Both the position numbers and the translations under genes were made by a program. A stretch of 64,000 nucleotides of DNA from Candidatus Geohabitans tengchongensis (GTDB lineage Bacteria; Sysuimicrobiota; Sysuimicrobiia; Sysuimicrobiales; Humicultoraceae). The stretch spans positions 22,339-86,338 of the forward strand of contig JAVKIH010000009.1 in NCBI GenBank assembly GCA_031459625.1, read 5' to 3'. Below the pieces are notes generated by a model. That model was not told where the DNA came from and did not search any database. It saw only the letters and a program-made list of their open reading frames with translations. Numbering within the stretch: position 1 is the first letter of the stretch; every line of letters starts with the position of its first letter. Below, one piece after another: positions 10,126-20,998 of this stretch.

Positions 10126-11103
10126 GTGCGCGGATCGCTCGTGCGCTCCCGGGCCGCGTGGCTTGCCGCCCTGGCCGCCGCGGTCCTGGCCCCCCTGGCG
10201 TTGCAGAACCCCGCGCACCAGAACCTGCTGGTCCTCACCGGCGTGAACGTCATCCTGGTGGCCAGCCTCGACCTGCTCATCGGTCAGAGCGGCCTGCTCT
10301 CCCTGGGGCATGCCGGGTTCTGGGGGATCGGAGCATACACCTCGGCGTTGCTGACCCTGCGGGCCGGGGTGCCCTTCCTGCTGGCGCTCCTGGCGGCGGC
10401 GGCGACCGCGGCAGCCAGCGGGATCTTCATCGGCTACCCCTCCCTGCGGCTGCGCGGGCACTACTTCGTCCTGGTGACCTTCATCTTCGGCATCATCATC
10501 ACGTTGCTGCTCACCAGCCTCGTGGCCGTCACCCGCGGCCCCATGGGCCTGCCCGGGATTCCCTTCGCCACGCTGCCGCGTCCCTGGGGGCCGCCGCTCA
10601 CCCTCAACACGTTCCAGGGGAAGACGGGGTACTACTACCTGGTGCTCGCCGCCGTGCTGTTGACGCTGTGGCTGCGGGCGTGTGTGGTGCACTCCCGGAT
10701 GGGACGGGCTCTCGTGGCCATCCGCGAGGACGAGGACCTGGGACAGACCCTCGGGATCCACACCCACCGCTACAAGGTGGGCGTCTTCGCGCTGAGCACC
10801 GGGCTCGCCGGGATGGCGGGCTCCCTCTACGCCCACTACACCACCTTCCTCGCCCCCGAAATCTTCGACTTCGTCGCGTCCTTCGACCTGTTCGTCATGA
10901 ACCTGGTGGGCGGGGCCGGGACGGCCGCAGGACCGGTTCTGGGGCCGGTGCTCTTGACGGTCGTCCGCGACCTGCTGCGGGCGGTGCACCCGGTGCTGGC
11001 GGAGATCCTCTTCGGGCTCTTCCTCATCGCCGCCATCGCCTTTCTCCCGGCAGGGCTGGTGGGGGGATGGCGCCGGCTGGTGGCCAGACGGGTCAGCCGG
11101 TGA
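10126..11103 (+). CDS. Branched-chain amino acid ABC permease (LivM-like); start uncertain (10108 CTG, 10126 or 10141 GTG)
   Basis: GLLSLGHAGFWGIGAY, LRLRGHYF, AIREDE, GGAG motifs. Confidence 0.88.
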   Translation: MRGSLVRSRAAWLAALAAAVLAPLALQNPAHQNLLVLTGVNVILVASLDLLIGQSGLLSLGHAGFWGIGAYTSALLTLRAGVPFLLALLAAAATAAASGIFIGYPSLRLRGHYFVLVTFIFGIIITLLLTSLVAVTRGPMGLPGIPFATLPRPWGPPLTLNTFQGKTGYYYLVLAAVLLTLWLRACVVHSRMGRALVAIREDEDLGQTLGIHTHRYKVGVFALSTGLAGMAGSLYAHYTTFLAPEIFDFVASFDLFVMNLVGGAGTAAGPVLGPVLLTVVRDLLRAVHPVLAEILFGLFLIAAIAFLPAGLVGGWRRLVARRVSR

Positions 11104-11879
11104 ACCGGACGGAGCCGCTCCTGGCCGTCGACGGGCTCACCCGCACCTTTGACGGCTTCCGCGCGGTCTCCCACTTGAGTTTCCACGTGGATGCTGGAGA
11201 GATTGTCGGTCTGGTGGGGCCGAATGGCGCCGGCAAGACCACGACCTTTAACCTCATCACCGGCTTCCTGCGACCCACGGCGGGGCGCGTCTGGTTTCGC
11301 GGGGAAGACATCACCGGCCTCCCGCCTCACCGGCTGGCGCGCCGGGGGCTCGTGCGGACGTTCCAGCAGACCAGGGTGTTCAGCCGGCTCACCGTCGCGG
11401 AGAACGTCCGTCTCGGTCTGCACCGGCACGAGCCGGGAGGCCTCCGCCGGACCCTCTTCGGCCTGCACGCCCGGGAGGCGGCGGCGCTGGACCGCCGTGT
11501 CCGGGAGGTGCTCGAGTTCACCCGGCTGTGGGATCGCCGGGATCGGCCCGCCGACGAGCTGCCCTACGGTGAGCAGCGGATGCTGGGCATCGCGGTGGCG
11601 CTGGCGGTGGACCCCGTGGCCCTGCTGCTGGACGAACCGCTCGCAGGGATGAACCCCGCGGAGGCCGACACCACCATGACGCTGGTCTGCCGCATCCGCG
11701 ACCGCGGGGTCACCGTCCTGGTGATCGACCACCACATGGAAACCCTGATGCGCTACTGCGACCGCCTCATCGTCCTCCACCATGGGGAGAAGCTGGCCGA
11801 GGGGCCTCCGGCGGCGGTGCGGGCGCATCCGGAGGTCATCCGGACCTACCTGGGGGACGAGGCGGCGCTCTCGCCATGA
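11100..11879 (+). CDS. Branched-chain amino acid ABC ATP-binding protein (LivG-like)
   Basis: GTGA overlap; GPNGAGKTT, LPYGEQR, LLLDEP. Confidence 0.92.
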   Translation: MNRTEPLLAVDGLTRTFDGFRAVSHLSFHVDAGEIVGLVGPNGAGKTTTFNLITGFLRPTAGRVWFRGEDITGLPPHRLARRGLVRTFQQTRVFSRLTVAENVRLGLHRHEPGGLRRTLFGLHAREAAALDRRVREVLEFTRLWDRRDRPADELPYGEQRMLGIAVALAVDPVALLLDEPLAGMNPAEADTTMTLVCRIRDRGVTVLVIDHHMETLMRYCDRLIVLHHGEKLAEGPPAAVRAHPEVIRTYLGDEAALSP

Positions 11880-12625
11880 CGGGGCCGGCACCTGCTGAAC
11901 CCTTCCAGGGTCCCGGGGCCGCCGCCCTCCTGGACCTGCACGAGGTCACCGTCTACTACGGGCGTGTGCGGGCGCTGCAGGGGCTCACGCTGCGGGTCCT
12001 GCCGGGAGAGGTGGTGGCCCTCCTTGGAGGGAACGGGGCGGGCAAGTCCACGACACTGCGGGCCATCTCCGGGCTGGTCCGCCCGGCAGCCGGCCGCGTC
12101 GCCTTCCGCGGGCGCGACCTCACCCGGCTCGATCCCACCGCCATCGTCCGCCTCGGCATCGCCCACTGTCCGGAGGGACGCAAGCTCTTTCCGGAGATGA
12201 GCGTCCTGGAGAATCTGGCGCTCGGTGCCTACGTCCGTGCGGGGGACCTGCGGGAGGACCTGGACCGGGTCTTCGCGCTCTTCCCCGTGCTGAGAGACCG
12301 CCAGCATCAGCTGGCCGGCAGTCTCTCCGGTGGGGAGCAGCAGATGGTGGCCATTGCCCGTGCCCTGATGGCCCGACCGACGCTCATCCTGCTGGACGAG
12401 CCCACCATGGGGCTGGCGCCGGCGATGGTCGTGGAGGTGGTACGGGCGGTCCGGGCCCTGAACGAGGCCGGGGCGACGGTGCTGCTGGTGGAGCAGAACG
12501 TCCAGGTGGCCCTCCGACTGGCGCACCGGGCCTACGTGCTGGAGAATGGGCGCGTCGTCGCCGAGGGGCTGGCCGAGGCCCTGGCCCGGGACGACCGGGT
12601 CCGGCGGGCCTACCTCGGCGCGTAG
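11876..12625 (+). CDS. Branched-chain amino acid ABC ATP-binding protein (LivF-like)
   Basis: [29 protein letters not shown]. Confidence 0.92.
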   Translation: MTGPAPAEPFQGPGAAALLDLHEVTVYYGRVRALQGLTLRVLPGEVVALLGGNGAGKSTTLRAISGLVRPAAGRVAFRGRDLTRLDPTAIVRLGIAHCPEGRKLFPEMSVLENLALGAYVRAGDLREDLDRVFALFPVLRDRQHQLAGSLSGGEQQMVAIARALMARPTLILLDEPTMGLAPAMVVEVVRAVRALNEAGATVLLVEQNVQVALRLAHRAYVLENGRVVAEGLAEALARDDRVRRAYLGA

Positions 12626-12705
12626 CGAGCGTGCCAGCAGGCCCCGCCGGCCCCGACGGCCAACTTGTCCCAGTAACCCTGAGTCCCTGTCCGGGAGGGA
12701 TGCCT

Positions 12706-14661
<1,956 letters not shown>

Positions 14662-14680
14662 GCCGCCCCGGGAGAGGACC

Positions 14681-15244
14681 ATGAGCGAGCTGAGGGCATT
14701 CCTGATAGACCGCTTCCGCCGCAGCCACCGCACGCTGCTGGCGATGGTGGACGGGCTCACCGAGGAGCAGTACGCCTGGCGCCCCACCCCGAGCGCCCAC
14801 AACATCGCCTTCCAGGTCTGGCACCTGGCCCGCACTGCCGACGACATCCAGGCGACGCTGCGCCAGGCCAGCCCCTCGGCGCGGGCGGTGCTGGGGGCGG
14901 GCGAGCAGATCTGGTTCGCCGAGAGCCTGGCGCGGCGGTGGGGGCTCAACCCGGCCGAACTGGGCGCGGGCGAGAGCGGCTACGAGATGGACGACGCCGC
15001 CGCCGCCCGGCTGCGTTTCCCGCCCAAGGCCGAGGTGGTGGGCTACATGCGCCGCGCCTTCGAGGCGCTGGAGCAGGCCCTGGAGGCGGTGCAGGAGGAC
15101 TGGACCGCCTTCCGCTACACCCACTGGGGCGACGACGCCCCGCTGTGGCAGCAGGCGGTGGACTACCTGACCCACCACGACTGGAACGCCGGCTACATCG
15201 CCGCCCTGCGCCGCGCCCAGGGCCTGCCCCGCGTGGTGGCCTGA
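14681..15244 (+). CDS. DinB family protein
   Basis: GLTEEQYAWRP, IAFQVWHLA, C-terminal HHDWNAGYI helix. Confidence 0.78.
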   Translation: MSELRAFLIDRFRRSHRTLLAMVDGLTEEQYAWRPTPSAHNIAFQVWHLARTADDIQATLRQASPSARAVLGAGEQIWFAESLARRWGLNPAELGAGESGYEMDDAAAARLRFPPKAEVVGYMRRAFEALEQALEAVQEDWTAFRYTHWGDDAPLWQQAVDYLTHHDWNAGYIAALRRAQGLPRVVA

Positions 15245-15288
15245 GGACCGTCGGGGCCCGGGGGGCCATTCCGGAGGGGGCCGCCCGG

Positions 15289-16746
15289 CTACGGCCGCGG
15301 CGCGGGTCGGCCCAAATGCCTCGGGGCGGAGGCGACCAGGGTCCGGTGGCTGATGTGGGCCCCGGCAGCCTGGAGCCGCCACTGCACCTGGGCCACCAGG
15401 TCGTGGCGGCGCATGAGCTCGTGGGCCGACACACCGGCCTCGAGGCTCACGCTGGCGGCCATGCCCGCCGCCTGGCCCAGCGCCATCGTCACCGGGACCA
15501 CGCGCGCAGCGCCCGCCGCCTGGTAGGTGGCCGAGAAGGCCCGGCTGCAGACGAACAGGTCGTCGACGTCGCGCACGACCAGGCTCCGCAGCGGCACGGT
15601 GAAGTAGAAGCGCCGGGCGCGGTAGGGGTTGTTCCACCCGGGGGAGTAGGGATGCAGGTCCAGCGGGTAGGCCCCGGCGGCGACACGATCCCAGAAGTGG
15701 CGCTGGCGGATCACGTCGCGGGCGGTGAGCGTGTACAGCCCGACGACGTGCCGCGTCTCCCGGATGTACAGCTCCGGGGCGACTTCGATCAGGGTAGCGC
15801 GGGCAAAGCCCGGGGCCTGCGCGCGCAGGAATGCCACGAATGCCGGGACCACCCGCTTCGCCCTGCGGTAGCCGTCCAGGCGGGAGGTCCGGTCGGTCCC
15901 GTCCACCCGGAAGACCTGCAGGGCGTTCACCCAGACGCTCCCGTCGGAGAGGCGGCTCAGGTTGAGGTCGTAGGCGGCGATTCGCTCGGGGTCAGGTGAG
16001 CGCCATCGGGTAACGATGCGGCGGTAGCCCCAGGCGAGGCTGCCGTAGACGCCGCCGGCCCGCCGGGGTTTCTCGTCGCGGCTGAGGTAGGCCACCACCT
16101 CGGACCAGCGCACGTCCCGCAGGCGGAACATCAAGGTGGCCGCCTGGGTGAGGCGGTCGGTTCCCGCACTCTCCCGGCCAACGGTGTACCGGGCGCCCGC
16201 CGCGGCTGCCACGTCGCCGTCGTCGGTGGCGTCGATGACGACCCTGGCCTGGATCGTCGTCCCGTCGTCGAGGATCGCGCCGCTGGCGCGGCCCGCCGCG
16301 ACGAGGACCGTACGCACCCGGGCCCCCAGGCGCAGGTCGATCGCCGGCTCCCGCCGCACCAGCTCGAGCAGGCGCGCGCGTGCCGCCCGGGGATCGAAGG
16401 TGAGGCCCAGTTCCCGGTAGACTTCATGGAAGATCCCGCCGACCGTGTCCCGCCCGTCCGGGCCCCGACTGAGGTCGAAGCTGCTCAGCATGGCGCCGGT
16501 GAGGACGCCGCCCAGGAACGGCCGGGCCTCCACGAGCGCCACGGAGTGCCCGGAGCGGGCCGCGGCCACCGCGGCGGCGATGCCGGCCGGGGTGCCTCCC
16601 ACGACGAGGATGTGCACGTGCACGTCCCGGCCCCGCGCCGGAGATGCGACGACGCCGAGGGCGCCGGCGGCCAGGGCGAGGAGGAGGGCCGGCGACAGCC
16701 ACATCCCCTCCTGCCGGAGACGAACGGGTCCGCGTACCCAGCGCAT
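15289..16746 (-). CDS. FAD-dependent oxidoreductase (FAD_oxidored family), hydrophobic N-terminal segment; start uncertain
   Basis: VVGGTPAGIAAAVAAAR, IDATDDGD, LYIRETR, YPLDLH, VPLRSL, GQAAG. Confidence 0.85.
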   Translation of the reverse strand: MRWVRGPVRLRQEGMWLSPALLLALAAGALGVVASPARGRDVHVHILVVGGTPAGIAAAVAAARSGHSVALVEARPFLGGVLTGAMLSSFDLSRGPDGRDTVGGIFHEVYRELGLTFDPRAARARLLELVRREPAIDLRLGARVRTVLVAAGRASGAILDDGTTIQARVVIDATDDGDVAAAAGARYTVGRESAGTDRLTQAATLMFRLRDVRWSEVVAYLSRDEKPRRAGGVYGSLAWGYRRIVTRWRSPDPERIAAYDLNLSRLSDGSVWVNALQVFRVDGTDRTSRLDGYRRAKRVVPAFVAFLRAQAPGFARATLIEVAPELYIRETRHVVGLYTLTARDVIRQRHFWDRVAAGAYPLDLHPYSPGWNNPYRARRFYFTVPLRSLVVRDVDDLFVCSRAFSATYQAAGAARVVPVTMALGQAAGMAASVSLEAGVSAHELMRRHDLVAQVQWRLQAAGAHISHRTLVASAPRHLGRPAPRP

Positions 16747-16835
16747 GGCGAAGTCCCTGGCCGCCCCCCAAACGGAAAGTGTCAGAAGGTTCAAATTCCT
16801 GATACACGGACAAGGGCGGGGAGCCCTGCAGGCGT

Positions 16836-17555
16836 CTACCGGCGAATGAGGACAAACCGGTAGCGCGCGGTACGCACGTGGTTGTCCGTGGCATAGAGCG
16901 GCCGCTCCGCCGCGTCGTAGGCCGTGCCGACCAGCCGGAGCAGGGGCTGCCCGGCGGCGACGGCCAGGGCCCGCGCCACCCGTCCTGCGGCGGGAATGGC
17001 CTCGAGGGCCAGCCGGGCGTACCGCACTTCGAGCCCCAGGTCCAGCCGGAAGAAGTCCAGCAGGGACTCGCGCCGGCGGCGCAGCTCCACCACCGCCGGA
17101 TCGGCCACGAGCGAGGCGGGGAGCGTGTCCTCGCAGTAGATGACGGGCGTCCGGCCGATCCAGCGCAGGCTGCGCACGAGGACGCCCGCCTCCCCCGGAC
17201 GGGCCCCCAGGCGCGCCGCCACCGTCCCGCGCAGGCGCACCGGCCGGATCGCCAGCACCTGGTCGCGCGCGGGATAGCCGGCCTGGCGGATCGTCTCGGT
17301 GAAGCTCTGCAGCCGCTCGACGCCGGCCGTGACGGCGCCGCGCGGCCGGACGAAGGTGCCTACGCCGTGCCGCCGCCGCAGCAGGCCCTCGGTCTCCAGC
17401 ACGCGCAGCGCCTCGCGCAGGGTGGGGCGGCTCACCTGGAAGAGGCGCGCCAGCTCGGGCTCGGAGGGCAGCCGCTCCGCACCCGTGAAGCGCCCCCGCA
17501 GGATCTCCTGCCGGAGCTCCTGCACCACCTGCTGGGCCAGCGGGGCCCGGGCCAC
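16836..17555 (-). CDS. GntR family transcriptional regulator (HutC/UTRA type)
   Basis: LPSEPELARLFQVSRPTLREAL..L..EGLL.RRHGVGTFV wHTH plus UTRA-like C-terminus; GTG at 17555. Confidence 0.93.
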   Translation of the reverse strand: MARAPLAQQVVQELRQEILRGRFTGAERLPSEPELARLFQVSRPTLREALRVLETEGLLRRRHGVGTFVRPRGAVTAGVERLQSFTETIRQAGYPARDQVLAIRPVRLRGTVAARLGARPGEAGVLVRSLRWIGRTPVIYCEDTLPASLVADPAVVELRRRRESLLDFFRLDLGLEVRYARLALEAIPAAGRVARALAVAAGQPLLRLVGTAYDAAERPLYATDNHVRTARYRFVLIRR

Positions 17556-17557
17556 GC

Positions 17558-18442
17558 CTACACCACCAGGCGCGGGTCGAGCGTGTCCCGTAGCCAGTCC
17601 CCCACCACGTTGACCGCCAGCACCGTGAGCATGAGCGCCACCCCGGGAAAGGCGGCCAGCCACCAGGCGATGGCCAGGTAGTCGCGGCTGTCGGCCAGCA
17701 TCCCGCCCCAGGTGGGGGTGGGCGGCTGGACGCCCAGCCCGAGGAAGCTGAGGGCGGACTCCAGGATGATCACCTGCGCCATCGAGAAGGAGGCCAGCAC
17801 GATCAGCGGGGCCACGGCGTTGGGCAGGACGTGGCGGACGGCGATCCGGAGGTCGGGGACCCCCAGGCAGCGGGCGGCCAGCACGTACTCCGCCTCGCGC
17901 AGGCTCAGCACCTGGGCCCGCGTCATGCGGAAGTAGGCGGCCCACCCGCCCACCCCCAGCGCCACCACCAGGTTCGTCAGGCTGGGGCCCAGCATGGCGA
18001 TGAGGGTGATGACCAGCAGGGTGAGGGGAAAGGCGAGCTGGATGTCGGCCAGGCGCGACAGCATCCGGTCGATCCAGCCGCCGTAGAAGCCGGCGACCAG
18101 GCCGAGCCCCGTCCCCACCGCGCCGGCCAGCCCCACGGCCAGCACGGCGACGAGGAGGGAGATGCGGGCGCCGAAGATGAGCCGGCTCAGCAGGTCCCGC
18201 CCGAGCTGGTCGGTGCCGAGCAGGTGGGCGGCCGACCCCCCCGGGACCCAGACGGGCGGGGCGAGGCGCTGGCGGATGTCCTGTTTGTAGGGAGAGGAGG
18301 GCGCCACCCAGGGGGCGGCCACGGCGGCGAGGGCGACGACCGCCAGGATGCCGAATGCCGCCCGGGCGATGGCATGCGGGCGCGCGCGCCGCCGCGCGCG
18401 CAGGGCGCGGCCCGGGGCCGGGGGCGCCGCCAGGGGGGCCAC
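17558..18442 (-). CDS. Peptide/nickel ABC permease (DppC-like)
   Basis: HLLGTDQLGRD, EYVLAARCLG, HVLPN, LSFLGLG. Confidence 0.92.
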   Translation of the reverse strand: MAPLAAPPAPGRALRARRRARPHAIARAAFGILAVVALAAVAAPWVAPSSPYKQDIRQRLAPPVWVPGGSAAHLLGTDQLGRDLLSRLIFGARISLLVAVLAVGLAGAVGTGLGLVAGFYGGWIDRMLSRLADIQLAFPLTLLVITLIAMLGPSLTNLVVALGVGGWAAYFRMTRAQVLSLREAEYVLAARCLGVPDLRIAVRHVLPNAVAPLIVLASFSMAQVIILESALSFLGLGVQPPTPTWGGMLADSRDYLAIAWWLAAFPGVALMLTVLAVNVVGDWLRDTLDPRLVV

Positions 18443-18446
18443 GCCG

Positions 18447-19364
18447 CTACTGGTAGCGGATGCGGGGGTCGAGGCGCGCATAGAGCAGGTCGAGCAGCAG
18501 GTGGAGGAGGACGAAGACCATGGCCAGGTAGAAGACCGCCGCCTGCACCACCGGGTAGTCGCGGCTCTGGATGGCCGTGACGATCAGCCGGCCCACCCCC
18601 GGCCAGGCGAAGATGGTCTCGGTGACGACCGCGCCGCCGAGCAGCGTGCCGAAGTCCAGCGCCAGGATCGTCACCACGGGGATGGCGGCGTTCCGCAAGG
18701 CGTGGTGCACCACCACCCGGGGCGGCGCCAGGCCCTTGGCCCGGGCGGTGCGGATGTAGTCCTGGCTCAGCACCTCCAGCAAGCCGGAGCGCACCAGGCG
18801 TGCGGTGCGCGCCATGGGGGTCATGGCCAGCGTGACCGCGGGCAGCACCAGATGGCGCCAGGAACCGTGGCCGAAGCTCGGCAGCCAGCCCCACCGGACG
18901 GCAAAGAGCATGATGAGCAGGATCCCCAGCCAGAAGTAGGGCATGGACTGGCCCACGGTGGCGGCCACCGTCACCGCGCCGTCCACGAGGGTGCCGCGCC
19001 GCAGCGCGGCCACGACCCCCAGCGGCACGGCCACCACGACGGCGATGAGCAGCGCCGTCGTCGCCAGTTCCACTGTGGCCGGCAGGGTCTCGCGCACCAG
19101 CGCCGCGGCCGGCCGGAGGAAGCGCAGCGAGGCGCCGAAGTCGCCCCGCAGCACGTCGCCCAGGAAGCGCGCGTACTGCACCCACAGCGGCCGATCCAGT
19201 CCCAGCACCTGGCGGACGCGGGCGATCTCCTCCTCGGTGGCGTACTCCGTGACGAGCAGCGCCACCGGGTCGCCCGAGAGCCGCAGCGCCAGGAAGGCCA
19301 GCGTGGAGACCCCCAGCACGGCGGCCAGCGCGTCGACGAGGCGGCGCAGGACGAAGGCGGACAC
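18447..19364 (-). CDS. Peptide/nickel ABC permease (DppB-like)
   Basis: GLDRPLWVQY, GDFGAS, DYIRTARAKGL, HALRNA, ETIFAWPGVG. Confidence 0.93.
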   Translation of the reverse strand: MSAFVLRRLVDALAAVLGVSTLAFLALRLSGDPVALLVTEYATEEEIARVRQVLGLDRPLWVQYARFLGDVLRGDFGASLRFLRPAAALVRETLPATVELATTALLIAVVVAVPLGVVAALRRGTLVDGAVTVAATVGQSMPYFWLGILLIMLFAVRWGWLPSFGHGSWRHLVLPAVTLAMTPMARTARLVRSGLLEVLSQDYIRTARAKGLAPPRVVVHHALRNAAIPVVTILALDFGTLLGGAVVTETIFAWPGVGRLIVTAIQSRDYPVVQAAVFYLAMVFVLLHLLLDLLYARLDPRIRYQ

Positions 19365-20906
19365 CTAGCGGCCGGTCACCTCCGTGTGGTGCAGGCTCAT
19401 CAGGTAGTCCGCCCCCCACTCGAACCCGCGCACCCGGCGCTGCACTGCGTAGATGCCGGGCGTCTGCACCAGGAAGATGGCCGGGGCCTCCTCCCGCACG
19501 ATGCGGGCGACGCGCTGCAGGACCTGCGCCCGCCGGCGCGGGTCGAGGGTGGCGCGGCTCTGGGGGAAGAGCTGGTCGAAGGCCTGGCTGCAGAAGAAGC
19601 TGCCTACGGAGCGGCAGCCGAAGAAGTTGAGCGGCAGGTCGGCGTCCATGGCCGGGAAGTACTGCCACGCCCAGATGAACATCCCCTCCAGCTGCCGGGC
19701 GATGAAACGCTGGATGTAGACGCCGCCCTCGACGATCTCCAGCCGCGCCCGCACCCCCACCTCGGCCAGCTGGCCGGCGATGAACTCGTCGATCTCCTTG
19801 TCCTTGGTGTAGCGGCCGACGGTGCCGTTGAAGGTCACCTCGAAGCCGTTTGGGGTAGCCGGCCTCGGCCAGCAGCTGCCGGGCCCGCTGCGGGTCGTAG
19901 GATAGGGACGCAGGTTGGGGTTGTGCCCCAGCGCGTCCGGCCCCACCACCTGCCCGGCCAGGATGCGCCCGAAGCCGCGCAGGATCGTCTTGTGGATGGC
20001 CTCCTTGTCCACGGCGTAGTTGAGGGCCTGGCGCACCTTCCGGTCGGCCAGCGGCCCGCCGGCGTTGGCGCGCAGGTTCACCACCATGCCCTGGCCGAGG
20101 TTCACCGCCCGCACCTCCAGCCCGCGCCCCCGCAGCCGCTCCACCTGCTCCGGCGGGATGAGCACCCCCACGTCCAGCTCGCCGGTCTCCAGCCCGGCGA
20201 CGCGGGTGGAGTCCTCGGGGATAGCCCGGAAGATCACCTCATCCAGGCGCGGCCGGCCCCGCCAGTAGCCCGGGTAGGCGGTGAAGACCATGCGGTCGGC
20301 GCGCACCCACTCCCGGAACTGGAACGGCCCGGTGCCGACCGGCGCCGCCGCAAAGCCCGCGGGGCCGCGCTCCTGGAAGTAGCGCGCCGGGAGGATGTCC
20401 ACCACCGTCAACCCCTGCAGCAGCGGCCCGAAGGGCCCGCGGGTGACGATGCGCACGCGGGTGGGGGTGACGACCTCCACCCGCTCGATGGCCGAGATGC
20501 GCCCGAGCCATGGCGACCGCGTGTTGGGGTCGAGGACCCGCTCGATGGTGAACTTCACATCCTCGGCGGTGAGGGGCGCCCCGTTGTGGAAGCGCACGCC
20601 GGTCTGCAGGTCAAACTCCCAGGTCTGGTCGTCCACCAGCCGCCAGGCGCGGGCCAACACCGGGCGGATGCCACCCCGCCCGTCCGAGGCCACCAGCTTC
20701 TCGAACATGGCCGCGTAGGCCGGGAGGGCGTTGGCGGTGCTGTCCAGGTGCGGGTCGGGCGTGTTGGGCAGCGAGCCGATCCCGATGACCAGCCGCCCGC
20801 CCGTGCGCTGCGCGTAGGCCGGCATGAGGCCGGGCTTGCCGGGCGGCGTCCCTACGAGGGCCAGCAAGAGTGCGCCGCCGAGGAGCAGGACACCCAGGAC
20901 GCGCAT
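19365..20906 (-). CDS. Peptide/nickel ABC substrate-binding protein (family 5) with an internal compensated frameshift pair
   Basis: ATG 20906 after GGAGG; FHNG..LTAEDVKFT, PVGTGPF, VRQALNYAVD; YDPQRARQLLAEAGYP lies out of frame at 19852-19899. Confidence 0.88.
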   Translation of the reverse strand: MRVLGVLLLGGALLLALVGTPPGKPGLMPAYAQRTGGRLVIGIGSLPNTPDPHLDSTANALPAYAAMFEKLVASDGRGGIRPVLARAWRLVDDQTWEFDLQTGVRFHNGAPLTAEDVKFTIERVLDPNTRSPWLGRISAIERVEVVTPTRVRIVTRGPFGPLLQGLTVVDILPARYFQERGPAGFAAAPVGTGPFQFREWVRADRMVFTAYPGYWRGRPRLDEVIFRAIPEDSTRVAGLETGELDVGVLIPPEQVERLRGRGLEVRAVNLGQGMVVNLRANAGGPLADRKVRQALNYAVDKEAIHKTILRGFGRILAGQVVGPDALGHNPNLRPYPTTRSGPGSCWPRPATPNGFEVTFNGTVGRYTKDKEIDEFIAGQLAEVGVRARLEIVEGGVYIQRFIARQLEGMFIWAWQYFPAMDADLPLNFFGCRSVGSFFCSQAFDQLFPQSRATLDPRRRAQVLQRVARIVREEAPAIFLVQTPGIYAVQRRVRGFEWGADYLMSLHHTEVTGR

Positions 20907-20998
20907 GACCGTCACCTCCATCCGTCGCCCCAGGGGCGACAGCTGTTCCCGTCTGAGCCTCGATGGTCCCGCCATCCGGCTCCGGTGCAGGGCCGCGC

